A stretch of 64,000 nucleotides of DNA, taken from NCBI GenBank assembly GCA_965222075.1, contig OZ244937.1, positions 3,776,001 through 3,840,000 of the forward strand, given 5' to 3'. This DNA is from Candidatus Latescibacterota bacterium (GTDB taxonomy: Bacteria > Latescibacterota > UBA2968 > GCA-2709665). The notes under the pieces are model-generated. The model was not told the origin of the DNA, did no database searches, and worked only from the letters and a program-made list of their open reading frames with translations. Position numbers and translations under genes: made by a program. Positions 20,320 to 30,977 of this stretch are shown piece by piece (the stretch's first letter is position 1; each line of letters starts with the position of its first letter).

Positions 20320-21602
20320 ATGAAAGGTAAGTGCGCTAATTGCGGAAATCAGGAGTGGAGAGTTGAATCTTCCAGGACGGTTCGCTTCGGGGTGCCACAG
20401 TTGGCCTCTCTTTCGCAAATCGCGGTAGATTATGCTTGTCGGGTTTGCGGGAAAGTGGAACGATCGCTAAGCGACATGGAAATCTTTCGACCGGATATTT
20501 CTCAACGTGGCGAGACCAGCCATGCTGAAGTTGAGCACAAGTGGGCCCTTATCCACAAGATGTCGTCGTCGGGATTGCTTCTTCCGACGATTCAATACCC
20601 TGCTGTGTCTCGTGTTGGTGAAAATGTGTTGCTCCCTACTTCCGAAGGCAACGTCCAAGATGGCACGGTGATAGACCAGTATGGCAAGCCCAACTTAATG
20701 GTGGAATTCGCCGAAGAGTATCTCAAACAGTATTGGTCTGTTATGCCCGCCGGTCGGCTGCCCGATACCCTAAGTGAAGTCATGCCGGCGTTGCTTCTCT
20801 TGTTTACGGCAACAGAACTGGCTATCAAGGCGTACTGGATTCGCGCTAAAAAGCAAGTAAAAACTCCTTACAGGACCTCTATGAGAAACTCGACCCTGAG
20901 CATAGAGAAGAGGTAGAGCGACGCTTTGCTAAGTCGGGCAGAAACTCGGCGTTGTTGGCGCTGGGCATTGACGCTCCCAAGGTGGTGGATATCCTGGGAG
21001 TCTACTCCAAAACCTACGGTGGAGGCAGCAATGTCCACATGGATTCCAGGTACTATGCCGAGCCTACGACGATGTTCCGACCAACCAGCGACCTCCACGG
21101 TGCTAATCTGGTCAAGGGAGGGACTCTCTACCCCATTTTCCTCCCGGACGTGGTGCGAGCATTGATTGATACGTACAGGTTCTATTCTGGACCTGATCGA
21201 CTCAGACGATTAGGAGCAGACCTCCAAGGTGACTTTCGTGATTCTGGCAATGGAAATCACGGAGAGTGGGGGTTGATCCCGTCCTCTCTGGGCCTTGTTG
21301 TTGTTGTCGTATCTCAACAGGCTGGTAAAGACGCCAAATATGAAGACTTGAGAACTTTCAAAGATTTCAAGAGGTCATATCCTACGGGCTTTTCTCTTGA
21401 TTGGATGTACGGAGGAAATACGCTTCTCTTTTATCGCGACTCGGGGAAGAGTCTTCTTGATGGTAGAAGGGTGATAGACGGTTTGGAGTGCAGGGTGTGG
21501 AGCAGGGAGAGACGAGGTCTACACTCACGAGACCTCTACTTGCTAGCTGATGCGCTGGAGTGTGCAGGTAAAGGTGAAGATAGATTCGGGCATCTCGCTT
21601 AG
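20320..21602 (+). pseudogene. Zn-ribbon plus HEPN-like protein split by a frameshift near 20860
   Basis: CANC...CRVC; ATELAIKAYW continues in the -1 frame as SLQDLYEKLDPEHREEVE...DSRYY; strong GAGGAGG RBS. Confidence 0.55.
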
Positions 21603-21639
21603 GAGTAGAGGACAGGTAAGACCCGGCCACCGGGGTGCG

Positions 21640-21935
21640 TACGGCGCCCTTGTGCTTCGCTTCGCGCGGCTTTTCGCTGCATGCGGCTACGCGGGTCGCG
21701 GGCCCTGACCGGCGGGGGCTCGAACGATTATGCCGCTACGTGGCCAGACCGGCCCTGGCCTCGGGCGCCTGCGCATCCTCGATTCGGAGCGGCTTTCCTT
21801 CGCGCCCAAAACGCCCTGGTCGGATGTGAGGAGCCATCTCCCGCTCTCGCTCCCTGGAACGACTGGAGAAGCTGGCGGCTCTGGTCCCCCCACCCCGGTT
21901 CCATCTCCTGTGCTACCACGGAGTCCTGGCACCGT
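21640..21935 (+). mobile_element. IS91-family (Y2) transposase remnant
   Basis: Frameshifted GFSLHAATRV...RRGLERLCRYVARP...KTPWSD...LAALVPPPRFHLLCYHGVLAP. Confidence 0.85.
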
Positions 21936-21978
21936 CCGGGACGCCGGATGCCGGGCACCGCGCCTGGAGGGATTCGCT

Positions 21979-22716
21979 ATGAGTGACGTTCCGCACATCG
22001 CCATGACCCCGCTCGATTACGGGCGCTCGTTCCTGATCGGGAAGGGACGCGCCAATGAGGCGCGCTTCTGGATCGAGTCGCGCACCCGCATCATCGACGA
22101 CAGGGAGGGGATCTGTGAGGATTTCTACCAGACCGCCTCCTGCAAGAGCGAGCACACCTTCCACGAGAAGGATCTGTTTCACCAGGACAACTACGATTTC
22201 CTGCCGATCTTCAGCGCCGGGTACGGCCTCATCTTCCGGCGACATGCCTACCTCAGTGACCGCTACCGGGAAACGCGGCCGTACGCGGAGATGTTCGGCG
22301 GCTACGACCTGCACCTCGTCGAAGGCTCCGTGGTCCGCGAGCTACCCTCGAACGCCGCGATTCGCGAGCAGACCTACCGCTTCGCGCCGCTGGTCTCGCA
22401 GACCGAGATCCGCAACGACGACACCGGGCTGCGGGCGCTGATCGAATGCCCGGTGAAGACGATGAACACCCGCCGCGAGGACGACCTCTACCAGGTCGAC
22501 ACCGGTCCGCTCGCCTTCCCCGACCTGTCGGAGCGGCCCGGGCGGCTCGTTGACTGCCTGGCGCTGGCCTTCGTCGCCTTCAACGCCCCCCACTTCGCCG
22601 ATTTCGTGATCGAAGCGCCGACCATCGTCGATCCCGGGCACCCCGATCTGCGGATCCACCACTTCTCCAGGATCGTGAGCCTGCCGGCGCGCAACCGACT
22701 GTTCGCGGTCGAGTAG
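21979..22716 (+). CDS. Hypothetical protein
   Basis: ATG after GGAGG; high-GC3 coding pattern; no family recognised. Confidence 0.75.
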   Translation: MSDVPHIAMTPLDYGRSFLIGKGRANEARFWIESRTRIIDDREGICEDFYQTASCKSEHTFHEKDLFHQDNYDFLPIFSAGYGLIFRRHAYLSDRYRETRPYAEMFGGYDLHLVEGSVVRELPSNAAIREQTYRFAPLVSQTEIRNDDTGLRALIECPVKTMNTRREDDLYQVDTGPLAFPDLSERPGRLVDCLALAFVAFNAPHFADFVIEAPTIVDPGHPDLRIHHFSRIVSLPARNRLFAVE

Positions 22717-22878
22717 CGCGGCTCACCGGTCCGGCCAGTTGTAGGCGGACCTGGCGTTCTTCCAGAAGAACTTCTCCGCAATCCAATCCACCTGAAATTC
22801 GCCTCAAATTGGTCTTGACTTTGGGGTCCACTTCAGATTGCCGCCGTTTTGTAACTGACTATCGATCAGGAGGTAGAT

Positions 22879-23724
22879 ATGTCCAGAAGGTGGTTGCGCG
22901 TTGCCGCATGCCAGATGCATGCCGATGAGAACATCGAAAAAAACACATGCGAGATTGTCGAGCGTCTGAACACCTGTGCGCGTGAAAAAGTGGATGTGGC
23001 CGCATTTCACGAAGGGATTTTATACGGCTATTGCAACCGCCCCGAATTTTGGTCGACTCTGGATCAAACGCGCATCGAAAGGGCCGAACAACGAATGATT
23101 CGCGTGTGCCGTGAAAAAGGCATTGCCGCAGTCTTCGGCTCAACACATCTCGACGGCGGGCAACGCTACAACAGTTTGCTCGTGGTAGATCGAGATGGCA
23201 CCGTGCAGGGACGCTATGGCAAAATTCATCTGGCGGGTGAGCGCTGGTGTGAGCCCGCGCAACACCTGCCCATCTACCGACTGTGTGACGTGCCCTGTTG
23301 TTTTTTAATCTGCCACGATATTCGCTATCCCGAACTGGTGAGATTACCCGCTGCGGCCGGTGCGAAAATTTGCTTTTTCTCCAGCTGTGAAAGTTCTGTC
23401 ACTTCAGAGCACAAATTGTCGGCCTATCGCGCCATGCCCATCAGCCGCGCAACCGAGAATGATATTTACGTGGTAATGGCCAATGCGCCCGCCGATCCTT
23501 CACATATCAATCGCGCGGGGTCTTCCCACGGGGAATCAAAAATCATCCATCCGAATGGCAACGTGATGGCAGAGGCCGGCATATTCACGGAGGAGATCGT
23601 AATTCGCAATTTAGATCTCCATCAGGCATCGCGAAATATTGCTTTGCGGGCAGTGAATGATATAACGCGCTTGCGGGAATGGATGAAAGACGGCGTGAAG
23701 TTGGTGGATCGCAGAGAGGCGTGA
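22879..23724 (+). CDS. Carbon-nitrogen hydrolase (nitrilase superfamily)
   Basis: E-K-C triad contexts FHEG, YGKIHL, LICHDIRYPEL. Confidence 0.92.
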   Translation: MSRRWLRVAACQMHADENIEKNTCEIVERLNTCAREKVDVAAFHEGILYGYCNRPEFWSTLDQTRIERAEQRMIRVCREKGIAAVFGSTHLDGGQRYNSLLVVDRDGTVQGRYGKIHLAGERWCEPAQHLPIYRLCDVPCCFLICHDIRYPELVRLPAAAGAKICFFSSCESSVTSEHKLSAYRAMPISRATENDIYVVMANAPADPSHINRAGSSHGESKIIHPNGNVMAEAGIFTEEIVIRNLDLHQASRNIALRAVNDITRLREWMKDGVKLVDRREA

Positions 23725-23823
23725 AATTTTGCGTCTATTCATTCAAAGGAGTATTGATGAAAGGATCGAGACCAAACATCCGTGCTGCCAGAAGCCCGAG
23801 ACCAAGGGCCTGGTATAAGTGAA

Positions 23824-23858
23824 CTAACGGGCGCTGCGAATGCTCCAGCGCCCGTTAG
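23824..23858. terminator. Perfect 13-bp stem between convergent genes
   Basis: CTAACGGGCGCTG-N9-CAGCGCCCGTTAG. Confidence 0.55.
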
Positions 23859-23920
23859 CGGCGGAATAAAGGCTTTTCAATCCAAAATCCGGGGAGACGA
23901 TCCGGCACCAGCCCCCCGGC

Positions 23921-24895
23921 CTACACCTTTCCCACCTCCACCACCTCCCCCGTCTCCAGCGACCAGTTCACCGCCATCACCACCTGCTGTGTCTTCACCG
24001 CATCCGCATACGTCGACCTTAAACTCGAGCCGTCCCCCTCCCGCACCGCCTCGATGAAGGCGTTGTCCATCTCCTGCCAGTAGTCGTTCCCTACCTCGAT
24101 ATACTCCGACCGCCCGGGCTGCACGACCGTGATCGACTTCCGCTCCCTGTACTCGACCACCAGATCCTTCGTATAAATATCCAGCCCGCCCCGATTTCCG
24201 CACGACAGAAAACAGGCCGAAAAAATCGTCGCCAGCACCCCGTTCTCAAACATCAGCGTGGCCGCGCTCGCGTCTTCGATATTATACCCCTCCACATCCG
24301 CCATCAGCCCGGTTCGCCCCCCCGCATAGACCGATTTCACGTCCCCGAACAGGTACCGGACCGTATCGGTCACGTGGACCGTCTGCTCCACCACCTGCCC
24401 GCCCGACATCTCCTTCCGCCGCCACCAGTCCACCTTCGGCAGGTCCCCCATCCAGTAGCCCATCACCAGCCCCACCGGCCGCCCCTCCAGCAGCTTCCGG
24501 GTCCGGGCGATAATATCCAGGTAGCGGTTCTGAAACCCCACGCACGAAATCACCCCGTGCTCTCGAATCGCCGCCTCCACCTCCCGCGCCACCTCCATCG
24601 TCACTGCAACCGGCTTCTCCACAAACACCGCAATCCCCCGCTCGGCCGCCAGAACCTCCTGTTCACCGTGCGCAAACGGCGGCACGCAAACATAAACCGC
24701 GTCCATCTCCACCGACCCCAACATCTCCCGGTAATCCGTAAACACCTCTGCCTCCCACTCGGCGGCCGCCCCGGTAGCCCGCTCCTCCACCACATCGCAC
24801 ATCGCCACCACCTCAACCCCGTCCATATTCTTGAGGTGCTTCCGGTGCGCCCTCGAGATCCCCCCCGTCCCGATAAACCCGACCTTCACAGACAT
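23921..24895 (-). CDS. Gfo/Idh/MocA oxidoreductase
   Basis: VGFIGTGGI, EKPVA, SGGQVVEQTVH. Confidence 0.93.
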   Translation of the reverse strand: MSVKVGFIGTGGISRAHRKHLKNMDGVEVVAMCDVVEERATGAAAEWEAEVFTDYREMLGSVEMDAVYVCVPPFAHGEQEVLAAERGIAVFVEKPVAVTMEVAREVEAAIREHGVISCVGFQNRYLDIIARTRKLLEGRPVGLVMGYWMGDLPKVDWWRRKEMSGGQVVEQTVHVTDTVRYLFGDVKSVYAGGRTGLMADVEGYNIEDASAATLMFENGVLATIFSACFLSCGNRGGLDIYTKDLVVEYRERKSITVVQPGRSEYIEVGNDYWQEMDNAFIEAVREGDGSSLRSTYADAVKTQQVVMAVNWSLETGEVVEVGKV

Positions 24896-24959
24896 AAGTG
24901 TGAACCTTTCTGCATCAAACAGACGTTCCGTCCTTTGCAACCCACCCGATCTTCAACCT

Positions 24960-27782
24960 TCAATTCCCCGCAAGCGCCTTCCGAAGCGCCCCAATCGCCC
25001 GCTCCAGCGCCACCATCTCCTCTCCCGCCTGCGCCCAGTCCCACCGCTGCAGCGCCGACCGCACGTTCTGGTAGCGCGCCTCCACCTGTGCGGCCAGGTC
25101 CCCGGCGGGCAGAACCGCCTCCCCCGCAGATGGGGTCGAACCCGCCTCCTCCGGGCGAGCCGCCTCCGGCTCTTCCCGCGCGCCGAACAGTTCGGTCAAC
25201 CCCTCTTCCAGGGTCTCCCGCATCACCACCCGCCCCGCAAACGCCACAATCACCTGCTTCAACTCCGGAATCGCCGTGCTCCGCCGGGCGTCCTGCCGAA
25301 ACCCCTGGCGCTGACCTCCCGGTAGCCCCTCCTCTCCCTCCTGGCCAAACGCCTGTTCCTCCGGCTCCTGCCTCGCCTGCAGGTAGATCGGCTCCACGTA
25401 AACAAAAGACCGCTCGATCGGAATCGCCAGCAAATTGCCCCGGATCACCTGCGACCCCCGCTGCCCCCAAAGTGTGAGCTGGCTGGAAATCTCCGGCTGC
25501 TGGTCGATGCGGGCCTCCAGCTGCATCGGTCCAAAGATCAGTTTATCCTTCGGCAGCTTGTACACCAGCAGGTGCCCGTAGTTCTCCCCATCGCACCGGG
25601 CGGCCAGCCAGGCAATCATATTGTCCTTCTTGGCGGGCGTATAGGGCACCATCAGCAGAAACTCCTCCTCCTCCTCCCCCGGCAGCTTGATGATAATATA
25701 ATAAGGTTGCATCATCTGCGCCCGCTCGCTGTAGATCTCGTTCGGAATCTCCCAGAGGTCCTCCTGGTTGTAAAAAACCTGAACATCCCGCATGTGGTAA
25801 TCCCGGTACCGGGCCGCCTGAATCCGGAACAGGTCAATCGGATAGCGCAGATGGGCCCTCAGCCCCTCAGGCATCTCCTTTAAAGGCGTGAACAGACCGG
25901 GAAAAATCTTCGCATAGACCTCAATAATCGGGTCCTCAAGGTCCACCCGGTAAAACCGAACCGTGCCGTTGTACGCGTCCACCACCACCTTCACCGAGTT
26001 GCGGATATAATTGATCCCTCCCCGCCCTGTTCGGGCGGAATAGGGGTACATATCGGTGGTCGTATAGGCGTCCTGAATCCAGTAGAGCTTCCCCTCGGAG
26101 ATCACCAGGTAGGGATCGGAATCGTAAAACAGAAAGGGCACGATCGTGCGCACCCGTTCCGCGATCTGGCGCCGGAACATAATCCGGCTTTCGCCCGTAA
26201 TATAACTGCTCAGCAGGAGGTTCACATCCTTAAACCGGACCGTAAACGCCAGGCGGTCGAAAAACCCGCCCATCGGTACCCCGCCTGCGCCCTGGTAAGT
26301 GGTATACTGGTTTTCATCCCCCCTGGGATAGTCAAACTCGGGCGTGCTGGCCTTCACCACCACATAAGGATATGTCCGCTCCCCGTAATAGACTTCCGGA
26401 CGGTCAATCTCCAGGCCCGAAATCGACACTGGCGGAATATCCTTCACCATAAACGCCGGCAATCCCTCCGGGGTCACATGGTTGACCGGACTCAGGGCAA
26501 CCCCGTAGCCGTGCGTGTACTTCAGCCGCTCGTTGACAAAGGTGAACGTCTGCGAAGGCAGCCGCTGTCTGTCCAAAAATATCTCCCGCGCCGAAAGCAT
26601 CACCTGACGGTACACCCCGTCGATTGTATAGCGGTCCACGTCCACATTGGGGAAAAGGTAGTAGGGCCGGATCTCCTGGACCTGCTGGTAGGTCTGAGCC
26701 AGCGGGCGCTCGTCCCAGATCCGGACGTTCCGAACCGTCAGGGGATTGGCCTCAACATCCGCCCGGGTCAGCTCCTCAGAGGCCTCAAACGGCTGTTCCT
26801 CAATCTGGTCCAGCCCGTACGCCTGCCGGGTCATCCGGATATTGTGCTCGATATAGGGCGCCTCGCGCTTCAGCTCGTTCGGCTCCACCACCAGCTTCTG
26901 CACCACCGCCGAGGGGACCGCCCCCACCACGATCGCGCCCCCCACCAGCAGGCCCGCGCCCATAATCGGCAGCCGTGTGCCCCGGGATCGAACATTTATA
27001 AACAGCAGCGCAGAAGCCCCCAAAAACAGGATCACCAGAAGCCAGTAGGCCCAAATCTGCACATTCACGTCCACATACGCCGCCCCAAACGCAATGCGCC
27101 CCTGCGAATAGAGCAGGCCGTAGACCTTCAATCGGTAAATCCATGCCATATCCAGCAAAAACAGCCCCCCCAGCGCCGAGAAATGCGCCAGAGGCCGGGG
27201 CAGCACCTGGAACCGCTCCTGGAACCGGATGCCCCCTGCAGCCGCATAAACCAGGCCCACCATCACCCCCGACACCACCAGCCCCCCCATCAGAAAATAG
27301 GCCACAAACCGATAGAAAGGCAGTGAAAACACATAAAACCCCACATCCCGTCCAAAAATTGGATCGCTCATCCCAAAAGGTTGATCGTACCAATAGCGCA
27401 GCAGCATCGGCCACTGGGCCGCCCCGACGCTGCCCAGGACAAACACCAGCACCGCCCCGGCGACCAGGTAGCCCGTCCAGGAACGCAGCAGCCCCTCCCC
27501 CGGCAGTTCCCCCTCCTCCAACGGCGCACCACCGCCCATCCGCAGCGCATACCGCGTAAAACGCCCCGCCACCCAGAGGTTGGTCCCCACCAGCAGCGCC
27601 GCCAATATCCCAAACAGCACCCCGCCCCCGAACCGCGCCTGAATCACACGCCAGAACACCGACGAATAATCCAGACTCCGGAACCAGAGCCAGTCGGTAT
27701 AGTATCCAACCAACCAGTTGATCACCACCAGAACGCCCAGCAGAATCGCCAGAATCAACAGCTTGTTCGGTTTCCGTTCCAT
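24960..27782 (-). CDS. UPF0182-family membrane protein
   Basis: YTDWLWF, DPIFGRDVGFYVF, NELKREAPYI, YTHGYG, NYIRNSVK, GNLLAIP. Confidence 0.93.
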   Translation of the reverse strand: MERKPNKLLILAILLGVLVVINWLVGYYTDWLWFRSLDYSSVFWRVIQARFGGGVLFGILAALLVGTNLWVAGRFTRYALRMGGGAPLEEGELPGEGLLRSWTGYLVAGAVLVFVLGSVGAAQWPMLLRYWYDQPFGMSDPIFGRDVGFYVFSLPFYRFVAYFLMGGLVVSGVMVGLVYAAAGGIRFQERFQVLPRPLAHFSALGGLFLLDMAWIYRLKVYGLLYSQGRIAFGAAYVDVNVQIWAYWLLVILFLGASALLFINVRSRGTRLPIMGAGLLVGGAIVVGAVPSAVVQKLVVEPNELKREAPYIEHNIRMTRQAYGLDQIEEQPFEASEELTRADVEANPLTVRNVRIWDERPLAQTYQQVQEIRPYYLFPNVDVDRYTIDGVYRQVMLSAREIFLDRQRLPSQTFTFVNERLKYTHGYGVALSPVNHVTPEGLPAFMVKDIPPVSISGLEIDRPEVYYGERTYPYVVVKASTPEFDYPRGDENQYTTYQGAGGVPMGGFFDRLAFTVRFKDVNLLLSSYITGESRIMFRRQIAERVRTIVPFLFYDSDPYLVISEGKLYWIQDAYTTTDMYPYSARTGRGGINYIRNSVKVVVDAYNGTVRFYRVDLEDPIIEVYAKIFPGLFTPLKEMPEGLRAHLRYPIDLFRIQAARYRDYHMRDVQVFYNQEDLWEIPNEIYSERAQMMQPYYIIIKLPGEEEEEFLLMVPYTPAKKDNMIAWLAARCDGENYGHLLVYKLPKDKLIFGPMQLEARIDQQPEISSQLTLWGQRGSQVIRGNLLAIPIERSFVYVEPIYLQARQEPEEQAFGQEGEEGLPGGQRQGFRQDARRSTAIPELKQVIVAFAGRVVMRETLEEGLTELFGAREEPEAARPEEAGSTPSAGEAVLPAGDLAAQVEARYQNVRSALQRWDWAQAGEEMVALERAIGALRKALAGN

Positions 27783-27832
27783 ACGCTCCTCTTCTCGTTG
27801 CAAGGCCCACTGCCAAAACAATCGGGACGACC

Positions 27833-28819
27833 TTAACCCATCATCCCCATCACTGCATCCACCACATCCTGCTCCCCGGGAATCGTCGCATCCTCCAGGG
27901 GTTTGCTGAAAGGGACAGGTACATCCATCCCGCCGAGACGAACGATGGGCGCATCCAGGTAATCGAACGCCCCCTCATAGACCACCGAGGCGAGCTCCCC
28001 CATCACGCCGAAACTGTGATACCCCTCGTCGATGATGACCGCGCGCGATGTCTTGCAGACCGATGCGACGAGTGTCTCCTTATCCAGCGGCACCATCGTC
28101 CGGGGATCCACGACCTCTGCGCTGATCCCCTGCTGCTCCAGCGCCCCGGCGGCGTTCAGGGCCACGTGGACCATGCTCGATGTGGCGATCAAACTCACGT
28201 CACGCCCCTCCCGCTTCACATCCGCCACTCCAAACGGAATCGTGTAGTCCTCCTCCGGCACCATCCCCTTCCATGCGTACATCATCTTGTCCTCATACAC
28301 GATCACCGGGTTGTCGTCCCGCACCGCCGTCTTGATCAGCCCCTTGGCGTCCGCCGGCGTGGACGGGATGGCCACCTTGAGGCCGGGGATGTGGGACGTC
28401 CAGGCGTGAAGGCTCTGCGAATGCTGCGCCGCCGCAGACCTCCCCGCGCCCAGCGTCGCCCGGATGGTGAGCGGCACTTTCGCCTGTCCGCCCGACATAT
28501 AGCAGATCTTCGCCGCCTGGTTGACGATCTGGTCCATCGCCAGCGCGATAAAATCCCCAAACATAATCTCCACAATCGGCCGCATCCCCGTCATCGCCGC
28601 CCCCACACCCAGCCCCACGAACCCCGCCTCCGCAATCGGCGTGTCGATCACGCGCTCTGGCCCGAACGCTTCGTAGAGGCCCACCAGAATCTTGAACACC
28701 CCCCCCGCCGCGCCAACGTCTTCCCCCATCAGAAAAACCGTCGGGTCGCGCCGCATCTCCTCGGCCATGGCCTCCTTCACGGCCTCGCCAAAGCCCATCT
28801 CCACCTCAGGCGTAGACAT
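27833..28819 (-). CDS. 2-oxoacid/acetoin dehydrogenase E1 beta subunit
   Basis: MGEDVG, DTPIAE, AAQHSQS, DYLDAPI. Confidence 0.95.
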   Translation of the reverse strand: MSTPEVEMGFGEAVKEAMAEEMRRDPTVFLMGEDVGAAGGVFKILVGLYEAFGPERVIDTPIAEAGFVGLGVGAAMTGMRPIVEIMFGDFIALAMDQIVNQAAKICYMSGGQAKVPLTIRATLGAGRSAAAQHSQSLHAWTSHIPGLKVAIPSTPADAKGLIKTAVRDDNPVIVYEDKMMYAWKGMVPEEDYTIPFGVADVKREGRDVSLIATSSMVHVALNAAGALEQQGISAEVVDPRTMVPLDKETLVASVCKTSRAVIIDEGYHSFGVMGELASVVYEGAFDYLDAPIVRLGGMDVPVPFSKPLEDATIPGEQDVVDAVMGMMG

Positions 28820-29768
28820 GCTCGCGCACCTCCGCCACATCCGGGTACGGGGCCTCCCTGGCCAACGCTACCGCGTCTGAGACCTCCTTCCGCACCACCT
28901 CGTCAACCGCACGTAACTCCGATTCCGCCGCCTTCCCCTCCACCAGCACCTTCTGCTTCAACCGCTCAATGGGGTCCTTCGCCATCCACGCCTCAACCTC
29001 CTCCTTCGACCGGTAGGCCTCGCCGGGGTCTCCCACGTGATGCCCGCGGTACCGGTACGTATCGCACTCGATCAGGCTGGCCCCCTCGCCCGACCTCGCC
29101 CGACCCACCGCCTCTGCCGTCGCTCCGTACACCGCGATCACGTCGCTCCCGTCCACGACTTGTGTCGGTATCCCAAACGGCACCGCCCGGTCTGCGATGC
29201 ATGCCCCGGCCGTCACCCGCTCCGTCGCCGTATACTCCCCGTAGTGGTTGTTCTCACACACATAAATCACCGGAAGGTCCCAGATAGCCGCGAAGTTCAT
29301 CACCTCAAAAAAAATCCCCTGGTTGGCCGCCCCGTCGCCAAAAAAACAGGCGGTCACCTGGTCCGTCTTCCGAAGCCTGGCCGACAGCGCCGCACCCGTG
29401 GCAATCCCGAACCCCCCGCCCACAATTCCGTTGGCGCCCAGGATGCCCAAAGACATATCCGCAATATGCATTGACCCCCCCTTGCCCCGGCAGTAGCCGG
29501 TAACCTTCCCCATCACCTCCGCCATCATCCGGTCCAGACTGCCGCCCTTGGCCACACAGTGCCCGTGCCCCCGGTGCGTACTGGTGATATAATCCTCCTC
29601 ACGCAGCGCCGAACAGACCCCCACGGCCACGGCCTCCTCACCGATGTAAAGGTGCGCCAGCCCGTGCATCAGCCCGCTGGTATACACATGCCACACCTGC
29701 TCCTCAAACCTGCGAATGCGGAGCATATCCCGGTACATATCCAGCAGCAATTGACGCTCAAGCCCCAT
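28806..29768 (-). CDS. 2-oxoacid/acetoin dehydrogenase E1 alpha subunit
   Basis: HLYIGEEA, THRGHGH, GKGGSMH, FGDGAANQG...ENN. Confidence 0.95.
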   Translation of the reverse strand: MGLERQLLLDMYRDMLRIRRFEEQVWHVYTSGLMHGLAHLYIGEEAVAVGVCSALREEDYITSTHRGHGHCVAKGGSLDRMMAEVMGKVTGYCRGKGGSMHIADMSLGILGANGIVGGGFGIATGAALSARLRKTDQVTACFFGDGAANQGIFFEVMNFAAIWDLPVIYVCENNHYGEYTATERVTAGACIADRAVPFGIPTQVVDGSDVIAVYGATAEAVGRARSGEGASLIECDTYRYRGHHVGDPGEAYRSKEEVEAWMAKDPIERLKQKVLVEGKAAESELRAVDEVVRKEVSDAVALAREAPYPDVAEVREHVYA

Positions 29769-29804
29769 AAGAACCTCCGGCAAACGGCAAACCCTTCACG
29801 GCTT

Positions 29805-30977
29805 TTACAACCAGCCCTGAAGCGTCTCAACATTCTCAAGACTCCCCTTCAGCGCCTGCAGATAACGCGCGGCCAGCATCCCGTCGGCCAGGCGATGGTC
29901 CGCCGACAGCGTAACCTGCATCACCTGCCTCACCAAAACCGTCTCTTCCTCCCCTGTGGGCCGCGCCTGCGGCAGAATCGCGCCCACGGCCAGAGCTGCG
30001 GACTCCGGCGGGTTCACAATGGCGATAAACGACGTAACCCCGAACATACCCAGGTTGGAAATCGTGAATGTCGCCCGCGCTCTCCCCCGCAGCCTCCCAC
30101 CCCGGGCGGCCTCCACGACCTCTGCCCGCTCCACCGCCAGGGCAGTCAGAGACCTGGCGTGGGCGTCGACGATAACCGGCACGATCAGTCCATCTTCCGT
30201 GCCCACGGCCAGTCCGATGTTCACCCCATCGTGCACCACCATCGCATCGTCGCCTTCAAGGCTGGCATTAAGCGCCGGAAAACGCGTCAGCGTCAGCGCC
30301 GCGGCCTTCACCAGTACGTCCGTCACCGACAGGTTGACCCCACCTGCTTCAGAAACGCCTTTGCGCCACGCCTCCGCGTCGGTCATGTCCACCTCAACGG
30401 TAACGTAGAAGTGGGGAATCGTCCCCTTGCTCTTCGACATCGCCCGGCCGATCGCCCGCCGCATGCGCGACAGCGGCGTCCGGCCCTCCGCAGGCGTCGG
30501 AACATCAGCCTGCCTTGTAGCCTTCTCCACGTCCTCTCGCGTGATCCGGCCGCCCGGCCCTGTCCCCCTCACAGCCTCCAGGTCAATGCCCAGTTCCTCC
30601 GCCAGCTTTCTGGCCGCCGGAGAACGCCTCACCCGGCCGCCGCCACCGGCCGCCCCGGCGGGCGAGGCGGGGGGCCCTTCCGACGGTGTATGCTCTGCCG
30701 CAACAGCAGGCAGCGCCTCAACGTCGAACGGCTCGTCGGCGCCGTCGGTCAGCACACCGATCACCGAAAGCACCGGCGCCACCGCTCCGTCCCCGGCCAG
30801 GATCTTGCGCAGAACCCCTGCCTCGGGCGATTCGTACTCGAACACCGCCTTGTCGGTCTCCACTTCCAGCAGCGCCTCCCCCGCCTCCACCCGTTCCCCC
30901 TCCCCCTTGAGCCAGCGGACAACCCTCCCCTCATCCTGCTGCAGACCGTACTTCGGCATCACAATCGGTTTGACCAT
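29805..30977 (-). CDS. Dihydrolipoamide acyltransferase E2
   Basis: Lipoyl ETDKA, E3-binding SPAARKLA...GTGPGGRI, catalytic DHRLADG. Confidence 0.95.
   Translation of the reverse strand: MVKPIVMPKYGLQQDEGRVVRWLKGEGERVEAGEALLEVETDKAVFEYESPEAGVLRKILAGDGAVAPVLSVIGVLTDGADEPFDVEALPAVAAEHTPSEGPPASPAGAAGGGGRVRRSPAARKLAEELGIDLEAVRGTGPGGRITREDVEKATRQADVPTPAEGRTPLSRMRRAIGRAMSKSKGTIPHFYVTVEVDMTDAEAWRKGVSEAGGVNLSVTDVLVKAAALTLTRFPALNASLEGDDAMVVHDGVNIGLAVGTEDGLIVPVIVDAHARSLTALAVERAEVVEAARGGRLRGRARATFTISNLGMFGVTSFIAIVNPPESAALAVGAILPQARPTGEEETVLVRQVMQVTLSADHRLADGMLAARYLQALKGSLENVETLQGWL

Noticed and set aside
20845-20870. Programmed -1 ribosomal frameshift
   Set aside because: No canonical X XXY YYZ heptamer in frame and no obvious stimulatory hairpin; simple mutation is more likely.
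23824-23858. attC site (TAAC...GTTAG ends)
   Set aside because: Too short and perfectly paired; its position between convergent genes fits a terminator better.
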